From the NCBI GenBank assembly GCA_964016885.1, contig OZ024745.1, positions 48,980,001 through 49,044,000 on the forward strand: a DNA stretch of 64,000 nt, written 5' to 3'. A model generated the notes under the pieces. It saw only the letters and a list, made by a program, of their open reading frames with translations. It did no database searches and was not told where the DNA came from. How positions within the stretch are numbered: position 1 is the stretch's first letter; every line of letters starts with the position of its first letter. Origin of the DNA: Eledone cirrhosa. Its lineage: Eukaryota. Below are positions 1-64,000 of this stretch, piece after piece. Made by a program: the position numbers and the translations under genes.

Positions 1-709
1 GGCTAACCTCTGCTTTAGCTGGGGGAAATGGTTTCAAAATACTTGCTGCTACAGCATCTATGTTTCGTTGTTGTTCCCTAAGAAGTCTGTATAAAATAAC
101 CAGAATAACTCAGAGTAGTTTTTTTTATTGGGAAAACATACCTAGAGAATGGAACTTTTCAATAGAAATAGATAGATTAATGGTGGTGCCCAGCATGGCC
201 ACATTCCATAGGCTGGAACATGTAAAAAAGTATATCACTAGAGAAATTAGAATAAAAACTTCAAGTAGTACCCAAGGAGTGCTTAATTAGTTTATAATAC
301 AAATATAAGATACCTATCCCTATTTTGAACTGGTGTACAAAAGTTACAGCACACAAGTTGCTGAGGGTTGTTTCGAGACATAGTTGATGTTTGTTGTTGC
401 TATTTATTTTCATCATTTTTGTAACACAAATCTTTTAATTTACATACCATCTACTTGGATAAGAAGGTCCTAGAGATGTAAATATTGACTAGTAGAAGGC
501 TAAATCTACTGGTTATGATTGGTCTCTATGTTTACACTGACTCTGGTTACATTGATAAACTGAGTATCTCTCTCACCCTGTATGTAGCTCATTGCTCAGT
601 TAACATTAAGAAAAAATCCTTTATGATTTGTAGGAGTGAACATTTGATTGAATTTGTCCAAATGAATCTTTTGAAAATGTTTTCCATATTCTTTTTAATG
701 TTTTGTTAG

Positions 710-55212
<54,503 letters not shown>

Positions 55213-58200
55213 GTAAGTAATCTTCAACTGAAGTTTTCCATAATATTTTCATATTCATTCTTATTAAATATAATGATTTTAATAGTGATATATCCCAATA
55301 CAGGAATACAGGAATGCAGCGGATTAGATGCTTTACTGTACCTAGATACACAGCTACACTGCTGTGGTCCACACATGTACTGTGTCTTTTCTGCCTTTTC
55401 TACCACTACTACAATGATCTCTGCTCCTCAGTGTTGACTGATCCCATGTCACTTCCATCTTCCTTTCATCACCTATATTGTGTCTGACTCTTGGCTCTGC
55501 ATTAACCACTATACTCTGTCCTTTTTGCTCATGTCTTTCTATGGGACTTGACTTGCAGTTCAAGTAGAACCACTCTGGTCTTAGAAGAATTATGAAGACT
55601 ATGGACACTTCCCCTTAATCCAGATTTACCAAATAAAAAAATAAAAAATCATATTAATGGAGACTTTACTTATATCATTCTGGGAATTGATAAAATAAAT
55701 ACTAGTATTCAAGGCTTCTGAGAGAAATTTTGTAAGATGAAATCAGACTGTTTTGGGTTTCCTTAGAGTGAAGTGGAGAGCTCCTATCAAAGCTCAAAGT
55801 ACTGAGAAGTCTTTTTAGGTAAGGAGGCATCAGATATTCATGGAACTCTTCCTTGGTTCTCTAAGTCCTGGACTGGTATACTGACTGAACCCTCTTATAA
55901 GTCATACTAGTATTATATTAGAAATAGATTAGATCCCTCTTAATTACAAACATAAATTGGCCTTGTGCTTAGTCAATAGCAAGCAATATTATAATTGCTA
56001 GCTTGCTTAATCTAATGTTATTTTCCATTAGCTATGACATACTTAATGTGAAGCATATAGTCTGTTGGTTAGGATGTTGGGCTGACAGTCATAAGGTCGT
56101 TGGTTCGATTCCAGTACTGGGCAGCATGTTGTGTCTTAGAGCAACATACTTCATTTCACATTTCTCCAGTTCATTCAGTCACAACGAACTGGTGTTCCAT
56201 CCAGGGAAGAGTCTTGCACTTTCATTTGCTTAATGCCAATGACTCCAGAATAAGCTCTGGGCTGATGAACCCCTGGGCTTGGGACAGACTTTAATAATGT
56301 TTTTAATGATATTGAATAGAGACAATATAGGGTAGAGAATGCTTTTCAGTTTTGCTGAATATATGACAACCTCTCTATAATAGGTGCAATGATAAAATAT
56401 ACCTAGTATACATTATAAAGTACTAGTGCTGGTTCTATGATATAATGCATTCAGTACACTCTGCAAAATGGTTGTTGTTAAAAAGGACATTCAGCTGTAG
56501 AAATCATGCCAAAATATGGTATTTGAATTGTCTTGTCTTAGGCTGTGACTAACCGTCCAACACATGCCAGCACGGAAAGTGGATGTAAAACAATGATGAT
56601 AATGATGACATAATTAGCTCTTTCATTATAAGCCTAATGATAGTCTATGTATAAATTTTACTAGAAACTTGATCTAGTAATGCTTTTCTGGTTTATTGAA
56701 AATCTGCTTGTTAGAAATTTTCATTTCAGATCTTCCAGATAAACTGCAACATGTCATAATTAGTCTTTAAGCTGGTAATAAGTATCCTAGACTAATTAAT
56801 AAACTTTTCTATTCTTTTCTTAAGCGCCTGTCATATATATATATATATTGCAACCACAGGGTTGCCAACTAACCAATTGTTTCTGTTTATAGAGGGTCAG
56901 GTATGTTTATAAGATTAATTTTATCTAATCATGATTTTTTAATGCTTGTATAATTATACAATATCCAATGTGTGTTGGTTTATTTGTCCAATGTCATGCT
57001 TAACATATATAGAGAGAGGGAGGGTGTGTGTGTATGAGAGAGAGAGAGAGAGACTTGGAGAGAATTAACATGTGGGTTAAAGTAGGAGATACATACTGAG
57101 CAAAGTTACAGGCGAAGAATGCTTAACGAGAAATAATATGAATCGATTTAGTCAGATTCAAGCATAGTGTATTCATTTATTTATTTATGTATTTATACAT
57201 TTTTATTTATTTATCTGCTGTTATCCACAGTGACAAATATATACTTGCAAAATTGCCTATCATATGATAAATAACACTGTAGTGTATGTATAATGTATAT
57301 TTCTTTCAATAAATGACTATAATAATCTATGGTGTAAAATAGTAGGCAAGCAGTCTGGCCTCTGTTTTTGACGTTTCTGCATTGTTTTTTTTATTCTATA
57401 AATTTTATTTGGAATTTTACTTGGTATTAGGAGAGGTGCTATACTGAGAGTTCTTGCCAGGCAAACATTTTGTGGTAATTAGTCACGGCTATTTATATTC
57501 GGAGTTCAACTCCTGTCTAGGTCAACTTTGCCTTTCATTCTTCTGGGATCAATATGATAAATGACCAGTAAAGTATTGGGTGAATTTAATTGACTTTCCT
57601 TTCACCTCACCAATTGCTGGCCTTTGTTTTAAATTAGAAACCAGTATGATTATTTCAGTAATCTGTTTTTCTTGCATGCTTTCACTGTATAATTGAGCAC
57701 AGTTCTATGAATATTGTACACATGCAGTATTTTGTTTTGTTATGTATTTTTCTATTGTACTGAGTGTACTCTATTTAGCTTATATGTGTAGTGTCTAGTT
57801 GTACTATTTTCTATGTAGTGTGTATATGTTAAGTGCCAGGGTTTTGGTAATGTATATGCATTGTTTTTAATTATTCCCAAACCATCCCTTATTATGGTGG
57901 TTGTTGCTATTTTCTATCTACACAGTTTGGTTATATCTATTTCAGATCTTTATATTTGTATAATTTTTTCCTTTGTTTTAAAGATGTATTGTCATCTGTT
58001 GAATTGAGACATTTAGAAAACATTTATTCTCCTGATAGTTGTTAATAATAATATAGAAAAAAACCTATTGAACAAAGGGTTTGGAAGATTCTTCAGCTAT
58101 GCCAAAGATACGACAACTTCCCTAGTGTTGGTGTCACAATATAATGCACTCAGCAGAGCACAGAATCGTGTGTGAGGCCCCTGGTTCACCTGGAGGCCAG

Positions 58201-58282
58201 AGCCTCTGCTTGAGTACTGACCTGTCAGTGACGATATGTCCAACCCTTACTAGCAGGGAAAAAGGATGTTAAACAATGATGA

Positions 58283-58476
58283 TAATAATTGTTTTTACTT
58301 TTGGCACAAGGCCAGCAATTATTCCAGTGTATTACTGGTACTTTATTTTATCGACCCTGTAAGGATGAAAGGCAAAGTTAACCCTGGTAGGATTTGAACT
58401 CAGATGATAAAGGGCCGTAACTCTATGCTGAAAAGCATGGCGTCCGACCCTCTACCGATACTGCCAATCCCACCCT
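58283..58476 (-). mobile_element. Full-length family 2 SINE with 11-bp TSD
   Basis: TSD AACAATGATGA at 58272-58282 and 58477-58487; inserted into the tail of an RTE-type repeat. Confidence 0.9.
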
Positions 58477-59149
58477 AACAATGATGAATGTCTACAATTT
58501 ACCTTAATCTTCTTGTCTGTATGGAGTTGGCATGTCCCTGAGTGGTCATTTTGTCATTCTCTGAGACATTATGTGATGTATATTTTCTGTGGGTATTTCA
58601 TAATGCTGGCTTAACCTCCAGTGTCTGAAAACTAAACTGTTATGCCTGTATATGTATTCTCTCTTCTCTAATATTTAGACAACCAAAGACAACAGGATTA
58701 ATCATTTCATCACATATATTCTGTAGTTACTTTTTATATTATGCTTCATTATATGATTTTCATAGCCTTTTGTGAGAAGGCTCCTGACTTGTGTTATACT
58801 AAAAATACTTTTTCTCACCTTTGAATCTTTCACTTATCTCTATCTACCTTTGCCTTGATTAATCTTATCAGGGGCATTTTTTACCAACATCTTAGTATTG
58901 GTAGTTGAAGCCTCTCATGTGTGTGTGTGTATGGGGGTGTATGTTTTTGTTTCACATTTAATATCACTAGTGCTGGCAGTGATGTTTGATTTGTTTTTTT
59001 AAAGTAAGATCCCTATCTTACTTAAAAAAAGCAAAGGCTTGGCATAAAAAAAAAAAGCATCCAGCTGTAGAATTCTGTCTAAAAAATGTCTAATCCAAAC
59101 GATGTCAACATGGGAGAAAAATGATTGTCAAAATGATGATGGGACTCTC

Positions 59150-59745
59150 GTGGTGGTAGCAATGATGGGGAGAGGGGTGTCTGGTAGTGGTGGTAGTAGC
59201 AATGATGGGGGGGGGGGAGTCTGATAGTGGTAGTGGTGGCAGTAGCAATGATGGGGGTCTGGTGGTGGCAGTAGCAATGATGGGGGGGGGGTCTGGTGAT
59301 GGTAGTGGTGGTAGCAATGGGGGGGGGTCTGGTGGTGGTAGTGGTGGTGGTAGCAATGATTGGGGGGGGGGCGTCTGGTGGTGGTAGTGGTTTTGGTAGC
59401 AATGATGGGGAGAGGTCTGGTGGTGGTAGCAATGATAGGGGTGGGTGGGTCTGGTGGCGGTAGCAATGATTGGGGTGGGTGGGTCTGGTGGTGGTAGCAA
59501 TGATTGGGGGGGGTCTGGTGGTGGTAGCAATGATTCGGGGTGGGTGGGTCTGGTGGTGGTAGCAATGATTGGGGGGTGGGTCTGGTGGCGGTAGCAATGA
59601 TTGGGGGGGGGGTCTGGTGGCGGTAGCAATGATTGGGGAGGGGGCGGTCTGGTGGCGGTAGCAATGATTGGGGAGGGGGGGGTCTGGTGGCGGTAGCAAT
59701 GATTGGGGAGGGGGGGGGGGGTCTGGTGGCGGTAGCAATGATGCT
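59150..59745. repeat. G-rich minisatellite, ~30-40-bp units GGTCTGGTGG(T/C)GGTAGCAATGAT(T)Gn
   Basis: About 17 units with G runs of variable length; source of the Pro-rich minus-strand ORFs. Confidence 0.92.
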
Positions 59746-62151
59746 GACAATTTATCTGTATAATGTGAACATAGAAGTTATATTACAGTGGTTTGCAGTG
59801 AGTAGCAATAGCTTGTATATAGTATACACTTCTACTTCTGCTAGTAATCTAAGTGGACATGATTGTTCTATTTATAATACTAACTTGCCATAGACTTGCA
59901 TTATTCATCATGATAAAATGCACCCAGTGCACTCTGTAAAGTGGTTAGCATTAGGAAAGACATCCAGCTGTAGAAATCATTTTAAAAAGGATTGAGGGAC
60001 TCTTTAGTCTCATCATAGACATGACAATCTTTCTAGTGCTGGTGCAACCATAAAATGCACCCAGTACATTCTGTAAGGTAAAAGTGTGTTTGGAAGGGTA
60101 TCCAGTCATAGAAACCATGAAGAAAATGGGTTGAGAGAACTCTTCAGTTAAATCAAGGTCATGACAACTTCCCTAGTGCTGGTTTGGCAATAAAAGGCAC
60201 CCAATACACTCTGTAAAGTGGTTGGCATTGAAATGGGCATCTGGCTCTAGAAACAATTCCAAAACTGAAATGTGAGATATGACCCCTGGCCTCCTAAGGA
60301 AGACAGTAACCCCAATTAAGCACTGACTTGCTTTGTAATGACGTGTCCAACCCATGCCGACATGGAAAAGCAGACATAAATTGATGATGATGGGAATGAT
60401 GATATTTAAAATTTTAAAGATCAATAAGGGATACTTAAATTTTAAAAAAAAATTGTTATTTACATTTTATTTGCATTGTATTTTTCTGAGAATAAAATCC
60501 AATGCAGTCACATTGTCTTTCATATTTCATGTAGTGAAATGTTGCAGCAGTAATATAGATCCTGCTGCTGCCACTCTCAGCAGTTAAGAGTTATTTGCAA
60601 ACATGGCAACTATGAATGGCAACAGCAAAGAATCCAGTTAATTTATGAAAGATGTTAGCTATTACTAATTTATTGTAATCAGAATTGAATGAGAAAGGGA
60701 GACACTCAACTACACAGACTCTTGTTCTCCATTTCCTCCACCCAACCCCACCCCACCCCATCTTTTTGTCTTTCTCAAGAGAAAACATTACAAGATATGA
60801 GTTGAAATTACAGAATTCTTTGAATCAATAGCTTTCGTTATTTAGCCCCAAGTTGGCTCTTATCAAGTTGACCTATGATTAAAGAAAGATATTAAAGCCA
60901 TGGCAAATTTTTGTTCTGGCAGAGGGTATTCTGGGCTACATTATGCAATGTGCTTTTCCTTATTTTTTAAGCTGGTAGGGTGTGTGATTTTAGAGAGATT
61001 AGTTTGCTATTTCTATAACAAGTTGAGCAACCACATAGAAGTTTACTGAACTCATTGACTCAGTAGTTGTAGTCCTATAGTTAAATATAGACCTCTCATT
61101 TCTCTTCTTGTCTTTCCTTTAATAATGTAAACTGACACTTAGTACATTGAACAAGACAGTATATATTGATGTTTATCAATAGAGTATTATAGATTGATGA
61201 TTTTCAACAAAACATTATAGATTGATGGTTTTCAACAATGAACCTAGATTAGCATAATTATTTAAGTGAAAATATATGACCTATTTGTAATTCAACAACA
61301 CAACAAATGTTAAAAAATTATTTTCCTTGCTAGAGTAGGTGTTAGTTATATGGGCCGCATGACAGGTTTCATACGCATCTTTGTTGAGGCAATGTTTTAT
61401 GGCTGGATGACCTTCTTGCTTCCAGTCCTTTTTATTGCCTCTTATATCATGCAAGGATATAGTGTACCTAGTCTAAACCAGATAGCTCTATTTGTAATTG
61501 AACAATATAGAAATAACTATTCTACTAGATCGATAAACTTCAATAAATACTATATGAGAACATGTAAATGACTTTCCTCTGACTTTTCTAGATTTTCTAG
61601 TGTTTGATTTGATTGGTTGACATTCCTATGAAACTTAATGAGGTTAATGGTGACACATTTATAGACTATAATTTTTTCTTAAGTTTATTATTTGTCTACC
61701 GGAAGAGAAAACATAGTGTTGACAGTGATAAGGAAAATAAAGAAAACAAAGATGGAAATACATGGGAAAAGAAAATAAGACTTCCAGTTTCTATGAAGCT
61801 GATATTTGCTGTGCAGGCGACAAGTTAACCTCTTTAGTGTTGGTGCCATGATACTGTAAAATATTTGGCAATCAAACAGAGACAAGTACAACAGACTTAT
61901 CAAGGATATGATGTTCCCTCTAGTACTTGTGCCGCAATAAAATGCACCCAGTGGTAGATGTTAGGAAAGACATGAAGCCATAGAAAATCAAATGGAATGT
62001 ATAAATGAGAAGCAGTTCTCTGGCCCATATAGAAGGGCATAACTGACTTGAGTCATAATGCCCATTTAACTCATGCTAGCATGGATATTAGCTGTATGAT
62101 GATGCTGATTATAATGGTGGTGTTGATGATGGTGATTAGAAAAAGAAACAT

Positions 62152-62827
62152 CACTGTTGTTCCTCGGGCAACAGAAAGGTTTCACTAAGTTTCAATGCTA
62201 TCTCTGCATGTGGGACAGTTGAACTCGAGAGAAACACTGGACCCAGAAGGGATGGCCCACCTGTGAAACTCTGAAAGTAGGCATACCAAACATTGTAAAT
62301 GACCCAATCATCAGCCAAGAGAAGACCCCCCCCCCCCCCAACTCCATTTAAGCTTGACTTCATGAAGCAGTTTATCAAGACATTGAGTACTGACAGTGAA
62401 TGTTTTCAACACATAGTTTCTGCTTTTCCTGCTTTGTCTTTCTAGAAAATCAAAGCAAGAATATTTGATGGACCTCAAATTTGTGGCCTTGTACATTATG
62501 AAGAATTTGTCAAAAAGATAAATGACAAGGAGACAGCCTGGCTGTTATTTGATGCAGTTATAAAAAACTTTCTTGGTAACAAAAAAGCGGATAACTATGA
62601 GGTTTTGGTTGCGAAAATGCTGCTAGCTTTTCGCGATCTTGGATGTAACATTCATTCCCCTGAGAACCTTGTAGCTGTAAGTGATGAACAAGGAGAGCAC
62701 TTCCATCAAGACCTCATGTTGATGGATGAGATTATCAAGCACATTGGAACAGACTTATAATGGTGGACTACTGCATAACAAAGTTTATAAATGTAATAGC
62801 TACAAACAAAAATTCTTGCCAGAATAG
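62152..62827 (+). pseudogene. DNA transposase remnant, probably Chapaev (CMC superfamily)
   Basis: Hand translation gives FLGQQKGFTKFQCYLCMWDS*, KHWTQKGWP, MKQFIKTL, KIKARIFDGPQI, NFLGNKKADNY, LGCN, PENL..VSDEQGEHFHQD, MVDYC, with stops and indels; family assigned from recalled motifs. Confidence 0.75.
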
Positions 62828-63629
62828 GAACAAACTTTAGTACGAATTGTGACAAATTTAAACACTGTTGAAAATAAATATTTTTCTTGTGTAAATGCTT
62901 GTTTCACACCCAAATTTAAGATAGTATGATCATAAATCACTTAGACACAACATGGATTTATGTAAAAGATTTCCTTTTTTACTCTTAACATCCAGTATAA
63001 TATGAAACCATATTAGAAAAGATATTTTTGAAAAAGTATAAAATAGCAATATGATTGCATCGAATTATAAATTAAAGTCATTACTAATATTACAAATTTT
63101 CACAATGATTTGTCCTCTAGTAATATACTATAAATCCATTTTTAGATATTTTCTGCTAAATCAATAATAGACAAATATGTCTTCACTTGGATGTTGCTAT
63201 GATTTTCTGAACTTCATTTGTTGAGCCTCATACAATATTTCTCCATTAATGGTTGCATCAGATAACCCAGTTTATTGTTAATGTAGAAAGGAATATTTGA
63301 TGTCGCAGCAAGCAACATATTGCTTATTGATACCAAACTATTTGTAAACCATCTGACTATGATACAAAGCTGTTTATTTAAAGAGGTTATATTTATATAA
63401 AAACCTCCCACTATAATGTTATATAAAAATGTTAAATCATGTTCCAAACACTCTATTAATAACGAGAAAGTTTGTTATATTAGAAAATCCCCTAAATTCT
63501 TGATTATTATTAAAATGATTTGAAAATTAGGCAATGTCTTTCATTAGAAATATGGTAATGAAAAAATTAAATGGAAATGAAAAGTAGACAACTTGTTACA
63601 AGACAAGCAAATCCACTTACATATATAAT

Positions 63630-63729
63630 TGTTTCTACTTTTGGCACAAGGCCAGCAATTATTCCAGTGTATTACTGGTACTTTATTTTATCGACCCCGT
63701 AAGGATGAAAGGCAAAGTTAACCTTGGCG
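63630..63729 (-). mobile_element. 5'-truncated family 2 SINE with 12-bp TSD
   Basis: TSD TACATATATAAT at 63618-63629 and 63730-63741; matches the 3' half of 58283-58476. Confidence 0.88.
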
Positions 63730-64000
63730 TACATATATAATGTTTTTCAAGAGACAATGTTTTTATAAGTTTACAATTTGAAAGCCAGTAACAATTGTTT
63801 TCTCCTGGCAGTACACATCCAGTGGAGTATGCTGGCCTCATTTCTTATCAGCTTTCACATATCCTCCACATTCAACACTAGTAAGTATATATACCCTCTG
63901 CCCATCTGAGTAGTCAGTAGCACCAGTTAAGTACTGATGACCTTTGACAACCCATCCAGGCTTTGCTAGAAGGGAAAATGTTTATATATTGTTTATATAT

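Noticed and set aside
59079-59750. Proline-rich extensin-like minus-strand ORFs
   Set aside because: All three frames are open because of the C-rich repeat, and variable G-run lengths shift the frame between units.
61690-61830. Candidate CEP290 exon RKRKHSVDSDKENKENKDGNTWEKK
   Set aside because: No suitable AG acceptor after the pyrimidine tract, no clear donor and no similarity to the expected C-terminus.

Overview
Eukaryotic, AT-rich, repeat-dense animal genomic DNA; the SINE and RTE repertoire suggests an octopod cephalopod (inference). The window lies inside one + strand gene, a CEP290 (centrosomal/ciliary transition-zone coiled-coil protein) ortholog. I traced 36 GT-AG exons by hand from 710 to 55212. 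They join in phase into 4996 nt (~1665 codons) with no stop; the N-terminal and last C-terminal exons are not in the window. The introns hold a near full-length degenerate RTE LINE with a PHD finger inside its RT, followed by a younger 5'-truncated copy, at least two tRNA-derived SINE families, TTAA-flanked piggyBac-like MITEs, a deleted mariner with ~103-bp inverted ends, a Chapaev-like transposase remnant, fold-back palindromes next to exons and several tandem repeats. The most notable feature is a 5.7-kb array of a 30-bp unit (~191 copies) that appears to be an amplified MITE/SINE junction, with a three-state variable site and a 1470-bp higher-order duplication. I found no evidence for a new protein-coding system; the 1955-aa and 1934-aa ORFs are best explained as products of this repeat. 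Comparisons to human CEP290 and to TE families are from memory, not from searches.
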